Positions 9,740-18,669 of a stretch of 37,750 nt of DNA are shown here, in pieces. A program made the translations under genes and the position numbers. The stretch is from Betaproteobacteria bacterium (lineage in GTDB: Bacteria; Pseudomonadota; Gammaproteobacteria; Burkholderiales; Casimicrobiaceae), in the NCBI GenBank assembly GCA_031361405.1, contig JANMCS010000114.1, positions 1-37,750 on the forward strand, in the 5' to 3' direction. Every line of letters begins with the position of its first letter. The first letter of the stretch is position 1. Under the pieces are notes generated by a model that saw only the letters and a list, made by a program, of their open reading frames with translations, made no database searches and was not told the DNA's origin.

Positions 9740-10362
9740 TGGCGCCGTCTGCGCCCATCCTGCAGATTTTCGCGCGCGAGCCGGTGGCCGGTGCCGTCAA
9801 GACCCGCCTCGCCGCTGCCATCGGCGCAGAACGCGCGGTGGATGCCTATCGCGAGTTGACGCAGGTCACGCTGCAACACGCGCAACGGGCGCAAGCGCTC
9901 GGCCATGTCGCCGCCATCGAACTCTGGTGCACCCCGCGCACCAATACGCCATGGTTCAACGCCTGCGCGGATGCGGTTGCCGCTTCGCAGCACCTGCAGG
10001 CGCAAGGTGCTCTGGGCACGCGAATGCGCCTGGCCCTCGCTGCCGGACTCACCCGCGCCCGCGGCGTATTGCTGATCGGCACCGATTGCCCGCTGCTGGA
10101 CGCAGCGGCACTCGAAGGTGCTGCAGCGATGCTGGGCACCCATGACGCCATTCTGGTTCCGGCCGAAGACGGCGGCTTCGTGCTCGTCGGCGCGCGCGTT
10201 CCGGTCGCGTTCGAAGGCGTACGCATGAGCACGTCGCATGCCGCGCACGACACACTGGCGATCTTCGCCGAAGCGGGGCTTCGCTGTGGCATGCTCCCGG
10301 AACTATGGGATGTGGACGAAGCGGCGGATCTTGAGCGATGGCAACGGCTGCTCGCCGGATAA
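9739..10362 (+). CDS. TIGR04282/DUF2064 family transferase (CofC-like fold)
   Basis: IFAREPVAGAVKTRL, LGTRM, LIGTDCP, PAEDGGF, LWDVDEAADL. TGATG coupling to the upstream gene. Confidence 0.88.
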   Translation: MAPSAPILQIFAREPVAGAVKTRLAAAIGAERAVDAYRELTQVTLQHAQRAQALGHVAAIELWCTPRTNTPWFNACADAVAASQHLQAQGALGTRMRLALAAGLTRARGVLLIGTDCPLLDAAALEGAAAMLGTHDAILVPAEDGGFVLVGARVPVAFEGVRMSTSHAAHDTLAIFAEAGLRCGMLPELWDVDEAADLERWQRLLAG

Positions 10363-10474
10363 CATCCTCCGCCTGCCACGGGTGTCGCCTGGATGACCGA
10401 CGCCGCCAATGCCGGCGAAGCAGCGCTTGCCAATGACGGCGACGGCGTGTGGTCGCCTCGACCTTGCACGCCGG

Positions 10475-11056
10475 TCAGGGCACGGTCAAGCCCACCGTCC
10501 ACAACGCGCCAGCAGTGCCGAACAGGATCATCTCGCCGCAGAACCGACGGTAGCAATAGCCGACCCCCGGAACGATCCCGGGCGCGTAGCCGCTGCTGTT
10601 GAATGGAATCTTGTTCTGGAATTCGCCGGAGTATCCATGAATCACGCCCGCGGCGAGCTTGACGTAGAACTCCGGCGCCTTTTCGACCGGCCGCCACAGC
10701 AGGCCGCCAAAGACGAACTGCGACGGCTGGCCGAACGAATTGTCGAAGAACGACGCGCCCACCAGCCATTGCCCGCCTAGCCAGTAGCTCGGCAGACGCC
10801 ACTCACCGTAGATCAATTTCTGGTGGTTGTCGTGTTTGGGATCCGAACTGAAATGGACCGTCGCGACACTCGTCTGGAAGTAGAAACGGTCGGTGCGCCA
10901 TGGTTCCGGGGCGTCCCACGCCGATCTGAACTCGGCCGACAACGACTCCGGCACGGCCGGGGTAGCAGGAGCAGCCTGTGCCAGCGCCGCCGCTGCGGCG
11001 AACACGGTGAAGACCAGAACAACGGGCGTACACCAATTGCGGAGCTGATTGCACAT
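10475..11056 (-). CDS. Secreted small beta-barrel protein, PagP-like (family often auto-annotated 'sn-glycerol-3-phosphate transporter')
   Basis: Signal peptide, then FYFQTSVATVHF...F.NSFGQ.SQ...KLAAGVIHGY.GEFQNKIPFN...PGIVPGVG with alternating aromatic strands. Start uncertain. Confidence 0.7.
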   Translation of the reverse strand: MCNQLRNWCTPVVLVFTVFAAAAALAQAAPATPAVPESLSAEFRSAWDAPEPWRTDRFYFQTSVATVHFSSDPKHDNHQKLIYGEWRLPSYWLGGQWLVGASFFDNSFGQPSQFVFGGLLWRPVEKAPEFYVKLAAGVIHGYSGEFQNKIPFNSSGYAPGIVPGVGYCYRRFCGEMILFGTAGALWTVGLTVP

Positions 11057-11130
11057 GTCGTATCGAAGCCGGACGAAAGGCCGCAACGGTACCATGGCGC
11101 CCGTGCGTTTGTCGCGCGAACCTGGTCCGA

Positions 11131-12213
11131 TCAATGGCTGCGCGGGTCGTTGCGGATGGCCGCCTCGCGTGTCCGCAAGACCGCGGCCAGCCGGTTTTCC
11201 ACGCCCAGCTTCGCGTAAACGCGCTCGAGGTGCTTCTGGACGGTACGGACGCTGATGCCAAGGATGGCCGCGATCTGCAGGTCGGCCTTGCCGTGCCCGG
11301 CCCAACCCAGGACGTCGCATTCGCGCGGCGTGAGACCTGCCCCATCGGGATTCGCGCCCGCCATGGGCGACGCCTCCCCTTCGGCAATCAACACGCGCCA
11401 GATGCCAGGCGCGACCAAGGGGATCGCGCGCATTGTCACGCTGCCGTTCCCGCAATCCCGGCGCATCACCACGCCGGCCACGGGTCGTTCGTGCAGGTGC
11501 GCAAGCCACGCCACCACGTCGGGCGGCAACTTCGCCCCCGGACCGACACCGCTTTGCACGCCCAGCAGACGCAACGCCTGGCGACCTGCGCGCCGGATGC
11601 GTCCGCTGCCGTCGACTTCGATTTCGTGCCAGATGCCGGCGCCAATCTGCGCGCGCAGCGATGCCTCCAGCGCCGCGGCGTGGTCACCCACCCGTGCATG
11701 GTGATACAGCGTGACCAGCGGCGCGCGCAGCGCATCGAGCAACGCCATCTCGCGCGCGTCGAAGTCGCGATGGGTGCGATTGAGCACCAGGCTCACCAGC
11801 ACGCGCGCATCGACATGCAACGGCACCGCGACGACATGTTCGATGCCGATCCGGCGGTAGTAGTCGGCGTAGAGTGACGTGCGCCGGAACGCGGTGGGCG
11901 CCAGCGCATCGGACAGCCGGTGCGTGCCACCGTCCGGATGGTCGCGATGAAAGCAGACCAACGGGTGCGTGAAAAAATGCCGTTCGAAGCATTCGACATC
12001 AGCCGTCGACAACGCGCGCTCCGGAAACGCGGTCACGCGCCGCCGGCCACCGGCAAACGTGCATACGGAGAGCGTGGTGAGATCGGCCCCGACCAGGCTC
12101 GCCATGGCCTTCACGCTGGCGCGCGCAAACGAATGCGTCCCGGTGGTCGCGGCACTGAGTTGTGCCAGCAACCCGAGCGCTTTGCCGGCATCTCGTGCGG
12201 TGACCTGCCCCAT
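11131..12213 (-). CDS. LuxR/NarL-family HTH regulator with N-terminal GAF-like sensor region
   Basis: C-terminal LTPRECDVLGWAGHGKADLQIAAILGISVRTVQKHLERVYAKLGVENR. ATG at 12213 preceded by GAGGTG. Confidence 0.88.
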   Translation of the reverse strand: MGQVTARDAGKALGLLAQLSAATTGTHSFARASVKAMASLVGADLTTLSVCTFAGGRRRVTAFPERALSTADVECFERHFFTHPLVCFHRDHPDGGTHRLSDALAPTAFRRTSLYADYYRRIGIEHVVAVPLHVDARVLVSLVLNRTHRDFDAREMALLDALRAPLVTLYHHARVGDHAAALEASLRAQIGAGIWHEIEVDGSGRIRRAGRQALRLLGVQSGVGPGAKLPPDVVAWLAHLHERPVAGVVMRRDCGNGSVTMRAIPLVAPGIWRVLIAEGEASPMAGANPDGAGLTPRECDVLGWAGHGKADLQIAAILGISVRTVQKHLERVYAKLGVENRLAAVLRTREAAIRNDPRSH

Positions 12214-12260
12214 CGGCACCTCGTCGGTCGCGGATCGTGCTGGGTCCCGGAAGAAGCGGC

Positions 12261-12276
12261 TACGCAGGACTGCGTA
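12261..12276. promoter_or_regulatory. 7-2-7 inverted repeat, putative operator of the adjacent LuxR/NarL-type regulator
   Basis: TACGCAG-GA-CTGCGTA is a perfect inverted repeat in the divergent intergenic region. Confidence 0.65.
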
Positions 12277-12349
12277 TTGCCGGGAGCTTCCGCCCGACGA
12301 ATCATACGCCTGACGCGGTCCATCGTGCCGCGGAATGAGGATCGGGCCC

Positions 12350-13405
12350 ATGGCCATCGACAATGACAAGCTGAATGCGTTTCTCGGACGTTTCGTGGGC
12401 GACCTGGGGGCCACGCTGCACGCCGGCATGGTGGTGATCGGCGACCAGCTCGGGCTCTACAAGGCGCTGGCCCCGGCGCCAATGCGCGCGGACGAATTGG
12501 CCAAGGCCACGGGTACCGACGCGCGCTACGTGCTGGAGTGGCTGTCATCGCAGGCAGCCGGCGGCTACGTCGAATACGACGCAGTCACGAAGCGCTTCAG
12601 CATGACCGAGGAACAGGTGCTGGCCCTGGCCACCGACGGCAGCCCGGCCTTCATTCCGGGCGCCTTTCAACTGGCCACGTCCGCATTGCTGGCCGTGCCC
12701 CGGATCACCGCCGCGTTCCGCAGTGGCGCAGGAGTTGGCTGGCACGAGCATGACCACGGCCTCTTCCACGGCACCGAGCGCTTCTTCCGGCCCGGCTACG
12801 CGGCGAACCTGGTGGCCCAGTGGCTGCCGGCACTCTCCGGGGTGACGGCAAAGCTGAAGGACGGCGCGCAAGTGGCCGACGTCGGCTGTGGCCACGGCGC
12901 GTCGACGGTCCTGATGGCGCAGGCGTTTCCGGCCTCGACGTTTCACGGCTTCGATTACCACGAGCCTTCGATCCTCCGTGCGCGCGAGGCAGCCGCGGCG
13001 GCGGGCGTCGCGGATCGCGTGACCTTCGACGTGGCGGCGGCGCGCGCGTTTCCCGGCTGCGACTACGACCTGGTCGCCGTCTTCGATTGCCTGCACGACA
13101 TGGGCGACCCGGTGGGTGCCGCCGCACATGTGAAATCGGCGTTGCGCAAGGACGGCACCTGGATGATCGTCGAGCCGTTTGCCAACGACCATCTCGAGGA
13201 CAACCTGAATCCTGTCGGCCGGGTGTTTTATTCCGCGTCCACGCTCGTCTGCACGCCCGCATCCCGCGCGCAGGAAGTGGGCATGTGCCTGGGCGCGCAA
13301 GCCGGCGAAGCACGATTGCGCGATGTAGTCACCAAGGGCGGCTTCACGCAATTCCGCCGCGCCACGCAAACCCCGTTCAACCTGATCTTCGAGGCCCGGC
13401 CATGA
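12350..13405 (+). CDS. Class I SAM-dependent methyltransferase with N-terminal winged helix (Rv2258c-like)
   Basis: IGDQLGLY..L, RYVLEWL, ERFFRPGY, VADVGCGHG, FDCLHDMGDP, LGAQAGE, TPFNLIFEARP. Confidence 0.92.
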   Translation: MAIDNDKLNAFLGRFVGDLGATLHAGMVVIGDQLGLYKALAPAPMRADELAKATGTDARYVLEWLSSQAAGGYVEYDAVTKRFSMTEEQVLALATDGSPAFIPGAFQLATSALLAVPRITAAFRSGAGVGWHEHDHGLFHGTERFFRPGYAANLVAQWLPALSGVTAKLKDGAQVADVGCGHGASTVLMAQAFPASTFHGFDYHEPSILRAREAAAAAGVADRVTFDVAAARAFPGCDYDLVAVFDCLHDMGDPVGAAAHVKSALRKDGTWMIVEPFANDHLEDNLNPVGRVFYSASTLVCTPASRAQEVGMCLGAQAGEARLRDVVTKGGFTQFRRATQTPFNLIFEARP

Positions 13406-13827
13406 ACACGACAACGCAGGCAAGCACGGCAAGCGGCATCGCACAAGGGCTGGGAGGCGCGGCAGCGACGACGCTGCTGCCGGTACGCGACATCGACCGG
13501 GCGCGTGAATTCTATGCGACGGCGCTGGGCCTCGTACCGGAGGGCGCGCGGCCGGATGGCAAGTTCGTGTTTCGCTGCGCCAACGGCGCGTTGCTCGCGC
13601 TGTTTCCGAAGCCCGATGGCACCAAGGCCGAACATACGGCAGTGAGCTTCGAAGTTTCCGACATCAGCGCGACCATTCGCGCGCTGAAGGCGCGCGGCGT
13701 GTCATTCCACGACTATGACCTGCCCGACTTTCGCACGGTGGAACACGTGTGCGTGCTCGGGTCGGAAAAAGCCGCCTGGTTTTCCGACACCGAGGGCAAC
13801 ATCCTGTGCGTACACGAGGATATGTGA
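13402..13827 (+). CDS. VOC/glyoxalase family protein
   Basis: LPVRDIDRAREFY..LGL, HTAVSFEVSDI, AAWFSDTEGNIL. ATGA overlap with the methyltransferase. Confidence 0.88.
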   Translation: MNTTTQASTASGIAQGLGGAAATTLLPVRDIDRAREFYATALGLVPEGARPDGKFVFRCANGALLALFPKPDGTKAEHTAVSFEVSDISATIRALKARGVSFHDYDLPDFRTVEHVCVLGSEKAAWFSDTEGNILCVHEDM

Positions 13828-13857
13828 GTCACCGCGCCGCCGGCTTCGTCCCCGGGC

Positions 13858-14871
13858 TCAGGTGGCCGGGCAGGCGTCAGTGGCCGCGAGCCCTGCTTTC
13901 GCGCCCGCCACCTTGGCCGCGTCCGGCAGTGCCACGCCATTTTTCACCGCAGTGACCTCGGCCAGGATCGAGATCGCGATCTCGGGCGGCGTGCGGCTGC
14001 CGATGAAGAGGCCGATGGGGCCATGCAGGCGCGCGATCTCGTCGGCGGACACGTCGAACTCGCGCAAGCGCACGCGGCGCTTGGCATTGTTGGCGCGCGA
14101 ACCAAGTGCGCCCACATAGAACGCCGGCGACTTCAACGCTTCCATCAGCGCGAGATCGTCGAGCTTGGGGTCGTGGGTCAGCGCCACCACTGCGCAGCGC
14201 TCGTCCAGCTGCATCGCCTTGACGGTATCGTCGGGCATCGTCCGCACCAGCGTCACGCCGGGAATGTCCCACGTTTCCGTGTATTCGTCGCGGGGATCGC
14301 AGATCGTGACCTGATAGTCGAGGCCCACGGCGATCTGCGCGAGATATTTGGAGAGTTGCGACGCGCCGATCACCAGCATCCGGTAGCGCGGACCATGGAT
14401 GGTGGTGAGTGTGCTGCCGTCGAAAACAAGTCCATCGGTGGCCTTGGCCGGATGCAGCGACGCTAAACCAGTCATGAGATCGAGCCGCCGCGCCACCAGA
14501 TGGCCCGCTTCGATTTCGCGCAGCAGCGGGAGGATGCCCGACTCGCGGTTCAGCGGCTCCAGCACCAGCCGGATCGTGCCGCCGCAAGGCAGGCCGAAGC
14601 GCCGGGCCTCGTCGGCCGATACACCATAGGTCACGGCCTCGCATTGCGTCTGCGTCATGCCTAGGCGCCGCGTGCGGTCGATGATGTCGTCTTCGATGCA
14701 CCCGCCCGACACCGAGCCCACGACGAGGCCGTCGTCGCGCACGGCAAGCATGGCGCCCTCAGGACGCGGCGAACTGCCCCATGTATTGACCACGGTGACC
14801 AGCAGCACGCGCCGTCCGGCGTCAATCCATTCGGCGCTGCGCTTCAACACTTCAAGATCGACACTGTCCAT
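13858..14871 (-). CDS. xdhC: XdhC/CoxI family Moco sulfuration/insertion accessory factor
   Basis: TWGSSPRPEGAML, GSVSGGCIE, GLPCGG, LTHDPKLDD, YVGALGS, LHGPIGL.IGSRTPPEIAISI. Confidence 0.93.
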   Translation of the reverse strand: MDSVDLEVLKRSAEWIDAGRRVLLVTVVNTWGSSPRPEGAMLAVRDDGLVVGSVSGGCIEDDIIDRTRRLGMTQTQCEAVTYGVSADEARRFGLPCGGTIRLVLEPLNRESGILPLLREIEAGHLVARRLDLMTGLASLHPAKATDGLVFDGSTLTTIHGPRYRMLVIGASQLSKYLAQIAVGLDYQVTICDPRDEYTETWDIPGVTLVRTMPDDTVKAMQLDERCAVVALTHDPKLDDLALMEALKSPAFYVGALGSRANNAKRRVRLREFDVSADEIARLHGPIGLFIGSRTPPEIAISILAEVTAVKNGVALPDAAKVAGAKAGLAATDACPAT

Positions 14872-14918
14872 TTAGACTTCCCCCGGCGCCGGCAGCGCGT
14901 GGCGGCCGGCACCTGCGT

Positions 14919-15509
14919 TCAGAACTTGATCACGCGGGCATACAGCAGGACCATGATGACCAGGATGCCCGCAAGCGCAAGGTAACGAATATACCGCCCG
15001 GTGTTGGATCCGGCTGCCCCCGGCGCCACGCCGTCACCCACTTTCGGCGCCGGCAACGCGGCGCCCGCCGGCGCCAGCTGCAACGAAAAGCGTTCGAAGA
15101 ATTCGTTGGCGATCTTGGCCGCTGCGCCGTCGATGAGCCGCGAGCCGATCTGCGCGAGCTTGCCGCCCACCTGCGCCTTGACGACATAGGTCAGCGCCGT
15201 CTGCCCACCCTCCGAAGGCGCCAGCGTGACCTTGGCCTCGCCATTGGCAAACCCGGCTGCGCCGCCATGCCCTTCGAACTTGAGCGTGTAGCCGGTGGGT
15301 GGCGTCGATTCGGTCATCTTCATCGTACCGGTAAACCTGGCCGACACCGGGCCCACCTTGGCGGCCATCGTGGCGCGCCACTCGTCGTCACCGATGCGCT
15401 CCATCGACTCGCAGCCGGGGATGGCGGCCTTCAAGGCTTCCGGATCGTTGAGCGCGGTCCACACCGCGGCGGGCGGCGCGGGAACGATGCGCGTGCTGGT
15501 CATTTCCAT
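14919..15509 (-). CDS. coxG: CoxG (SRPBCC) membrane anchor protein
   Basis: VWTALNDPE.LKAAIPGCE, KVGPVSARF.G, VGGKLAQIGSRLID, C-terminal TM helix. Confidence 0.92.
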   Translation of the reverse strand: MEMTSTRIVPAPPAAVWTALNDPEALKAAIPGCESMERIGDDEWRATMAAKVGPVSARFTGTMKMTESTPPTGYTLKFEGHGGAAGFANGEAKVTLAPSEGGQTALTYVVKAQVGGKLAQIGSRLIDGAAAKIANEFFERFSLQLAPAGAALPAPKVGDGVAPGAAGSNTGRYIRYLALAGILVIMVLLYARVIKF

Positions 15510-15603
15510 GCGTCACGACTCCTGCGGCGCAACCGTGGAGCGCGCCTGGTGCAACATCCTACCAAACCAGCGCCGGCGGAGGAGTAACCTTGGCGCCTGC
15601 ATC

Positions 15604-15840
15604 ATGGCTGACGACGTCCACAACCACGAAGCCCGCACCGCGCTGACGCTGCTGCGCGCGAGCGGCCGGGTGATTGTCGATGCCCGCATTCCGCACGCCG
15701 ACCTGGTCGTGCTGGCGCAATCGGCCGCGCAGTGGGGCGCCGCCCTGACGATCACGCATGCGCGGACGTATTCCGACGAACTGCTGGCGATCATCGCGGC
15801 CGCCGGCCGCGGCCACGTCACCTTCGATCTCACTTCCTGA
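15604..15840 (+). CDS. Small hypothetical protein (78 aa)
   Basis: GC-typical codons; ends 19 nt before the next gene; internal repeat-like HADLVVLA / SDELLAIIA. Function unknown. Confidence 0.6.
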   Translation: MADDVHNHEARTALTLLRASGRVIVDARIPHADLVVLAQSAAQWGAALTITHARTYSDELLAIIAAAGRGHVTFDLTS

Positions 15841-15859
15841 CCCAGAACCGGGAGCCGCC

Positions 15860-16351
15860 GTGCACATCATCCGCATCATCAAGTCGACCATGGTGGCCAG
15901 CGTGGGCTTCTGGTGCGTGCTGATCGCGTACAACAACATCGTCGACTACGGTTCCAATCTCGCCTTCGTCCAGCATGTGTTGTCGATGGATACCGTGTTT
16001 CCCGACAATGCGGTGAAGTATCGGGCGATCACCAATCCACTGCTGCAGCAAATCGGCTACTGGGGCATCATCGCCACCGAGTGGACCATGGCGGCGCTGC
16101 TGCTCGCGGGCGCCTGGCGCCTCTTTGCCGCAAGCGGCGATCGCCGGCGGTTCATCGCCGCCAAGGCGTTGCCGGCGCTGGGACTGCTGCTGGTATTCCT
16201 GCTGTACTACATCGGCTTCGTCGCCATCGGCGGCGAGTGGTTCACGATGTGGCAGTCGACGATCTGGAACGGCCAGCAGAAGGCCGTGATGTTCCTCACC
16301 TGCTCGACGCTGGTGCTGCTCGTGTTGTTGTTGCCTGAGCAGGACGAGTGA
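15860..16351 (+). CDS. DUF2165 family small integral membrane protein
   Basis: NIVDYGSNLAFVQHVLSMDT and GFVAIGGEWFTMWQS..WNGQ. GTG start after GGGAG. Confidence 0.85.
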   Translation: MHIIRIIKSTMVASVGFWCVLIAYNNIVDYGSNLAFVQHVLSMDTVFPDNAVKYRAITNPLLQQIGYWGIIATEWTMAALLLAGAWRLFAASGDRRRFIAAKALPALGLLLVFLLYYIGFVAIGGEWFTMWQSTIWNGQQKAVMFLTCSTLVLLVLLLPEQDE

Positions 16352-17588
16352 CGGTCGCAACCGACGATCCCGCACCACGCGTGTTGCGCCGCCCCTCCAG
16401 CACCGCGGCAAGATCCCGCAGCGACGCCACGTTGTGTACCGGCAGAAAGTCATCGACATGCGGCAGGATGGCCCGGATGCCGGCCGGCCGGGCCTCGAAG
16501 CCCGCATAACGCAGCAACGGATTGAGCCAGATCAGCCGCGCGCACGACTTCGACAGCCGTTCAACCTCAAAAGCCAAACCCTCGCCCACATCCGCGTCGA
16601 GGCCATCGCTGATCAAAAGCACGACCGCGTTCTGGCCGAGCAAGCGGCGCGACCAGCGGCGGTTGAATTCCTCCAGCGACGCGCCGATGCGCGTGCCGCC
16701 TGCCCAATCGTCGACCGCGGAGGTCACGCGTGCCAGCGCCACATCGACGTCGCGATGCGCGAGATGGCGCGTGATGTTGGTGAGCCGCGTACCGAACACC
16801 AGCGTGTGCACGCGATGGCCGTCGTTGGTGATCGCATGCAGAAAGTGCAGCAGCATCCGCGCATAGCGGTCCATCGATCCGGAGATATCGCATAGCACCA
16901 CCAGGGGCGGTGGCCGGCGCAGCCTGGCCCGCCACGCCAGCGGTGCCACCGCACCCGCGGCGCCGGTCATCCCGCGCAGCGTCGCCCGCAGGTCCACCCG
17001 CGAACCGCGGGACGACGCGCGCGTGCGGCGCAACGGCCGCGCGGGCAGCGGCAGGCGCAGCCGCGCCAGCATCGCCTTTACCTGTGCGACCTCGTCGGCG
17101 GTCATCGTCGCGAAATCCTTCTGCTGCAGCACTTCGCGCGCGGAGAAAGTAAACGCCGCATCGAGTTCGACTTCGTCCTCGTCGTCGGGACGCGCCTCAG
17201 GCGCCTTCTTCGGCAGCATCGCCTGCGCCAGCCGTGACGGCAGTTCGGGCGGCGGCGCCTCCTCCGGCACGCGTCCATAGACGCGGGGCAGCAGCGCCGC
17301 GACCATCTTCTCCAGCAGCTTGGGGTTGCGCCAGAAGAGATCGAAGGCCTGTTCGAAGAGCGGCAGTTGCTCGTGGCGCGACACCAGCACCGCGGCCAGC
17401 GCCTCGCGGAAATCGGTGCGATTGGACAGCCCCACGGCTTCCACCGCCGCGACTGCGTCGATCACTTTGGCGGGGCCCACCGGCATGCCCGTGGCGCGCA
17501 ATACGCGCACGAAGTGCAACACGTTTTCGGCGAGCCGTCCCTTCGGGAGCAGCATCGCATTGTGGCGCGATCCCGGCACGCCGGGCAT
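16296..17588 (-). CDS. coxE: CoxE VWA-domain protein
   Basis: ENVLHFVRVLR, LCDISGSMDRY MIDAS, FGTRLTNIT, WAGGTRIG, ISDGLD, WLNPLL. The 3' end overlaps the DUF2165 gene. Confidence 0.9.
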   Translation of the reverse strand: MPGVPGSRHNAMLLPKGRLAENVLHFVRVLRATGMPVGPAKVIDAVAAVEAVGLSNRTDFREALAAVLVSRHEQLPLFEQAFDLFWRNPKLLEKMVAALLPRVYGRVPEEAPPPELPSRLAQAMLPKKAPEARPDDEDEVELDAAFTFSAREVLQQKDFATMTADEVAQVKAMLARLRLPLPARPLRRTRASSRGSRVDLRATLRGMTGAAGAVAPLAWRARLRRPPPLVVLCDISGSMDRYARMLLHFLHAITNDGHRVHTLVFGTRLTNITRHLAHRDVDVALARVTSAVDDWAGGTRIGASLEEFNRRWSRRLLGQNAVVLLISDGLDADVGEGLAFEVERLSKSCARLIWLNPLLRYAGFEARPAGIRAILPHVDDFLPVHNVASLRDLAAVLEGRRNTRGAGSSVATVTRPAQATTTRAAPASSR

Positions 17589-17590
17589 CG

Positions 17591-18520
17591 TCACAGCCGG
17601 ATGCCTTCCGCCTGCACTTCCGCGACCAGCCGCGCCGCCACTTCCGGCGTGAGCGCACCGACGTCGTCCTGGTACTTGAGCAGCACGCCCAGCGTGTCGC
17701 CGACCGTCTGCGGGTCGAGCGCCACGCGGTCCAGCGTGATCAGCGCTTCGGCCCAGTCGAGCGTTTCCGCGACGCCGGGCGCCTTGAAGAGATCCATCGA
17801 CCGCAGCCGCTGCGTGAAGGCGACGATTTCGCGCGCCAGGTTCTCCGGTGCGCGCGGACACTTGCGGCGCAGGATCGCCAGCTCGCGCAATGCGTCGGGG
17901 TAATCCACCCAATGGTAGAGGCATCGCCGCTTGATCGCATCGTGGATCTCGCGCGTGCGATTGGACGTGATCACCACCACGGGTGGCTCGGCCGCGCGGA
18001 CCACGCCCATTTCGGGAATCGAGATCTGGAATTCCGACAGCACTTCGAGCAGGTACGCCTCGAACGGCTCGTCGGTGCGATCGAGTTCGTCGATCAGCAG
18101 CACCGGGGCGACGCCACCCGGCGGATCGATGGCCTGCAACAACGGTCGCTGCAGCAGGAATTCGCGCGTGAAGATATCGTGCGCCAGCCGATCGCGCGTG
18201 ACGCCGCCCGCCGCTTCCGCCAGGCGAATCTCGATCATCTGCCGCGGATAATTCCACTCATAGACTGCGGCCGCCGTGTCGAGGCCTTCATAGCACTGCA
18301 GGCGCACCAGCGGCTTGCCCAACGCCGCAGCCAGCACTTTGGCGATTTCCGTCTTGCCGACACCCGCTTCGCCTTCAAGGAACAGCGGACGCTTCAGTTT
18401 GAGCGCAAGAAAGACCGCCGTGGCGAGGCGCCGCTCAGCCACGTAGTCGTGCGCGGTCAAAAGGTCGAGCGTGGCGTCGACGGTGGCAGGCAGAGGAGAC
18501 GTTGCAGGTTGCGCAGGCAT
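17591..18520 (-). CDS. coxD: CoxD MoxR-family AAA+ ATPase
   Basis: LEGEAGVGKT, RLQCYEGLD, YEWNY, LLIDELDR, TSNRTREIHDAIKRRC, PGVAETLDW. Confidence 0.93.
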   Translation of the reverse strand: MPAQPATSPLPATVDATLDLLTAHDYVAERRLATAVFLALKLKRPLFLEGEAGVGKTEIAKVLAAALGKPLVRLQCYEGLDTAAAVYEWNYPRQMIEIRLAEAAGGVTRDRLAHDIFTREFLLQRPLLQAIDPPGGVAPVLLIDELDRTDEPFEAYLLEVLSEFQISIPEMGVVRAAEPPVVVITSNRTREIHDAIKRRCLYHWVDYPDALRELAILRRKCPRAPENLAREIVAFTQRLRSMDLFKAPGVAETLDWAEALITLDRVALDPQTVGDTLGVLLKYQDDVGALTPEVAARLVAEVQAEGIRL

Positions 18521-18615
18521 CGCGGTCGATCGCTGGTGAGCGGGATGGACCTGCAAGCATACCAAGACCCCGGCGTCCGGGCTGCTGCGTCCACGCGGCA
18601 ATAGCGACAATGTAA

Positions 18616-18651
18616 CAACGCCGCCAGGAACCGGCGTGCCCGGCGGCGTTG
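18616..18651 (-). terminator. Probable intrinsic terminator after the DUF3455 gene
   Basis: 10-bp stem CAACGCCGCC / GGCGGCGTTG 18 nt past the stop, followed on the minus strand by TTACATTGT (weak U tract). Confidence 0.45.
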
Positions 18652-18669
18652 GCGACGGTGCAGCGACGA

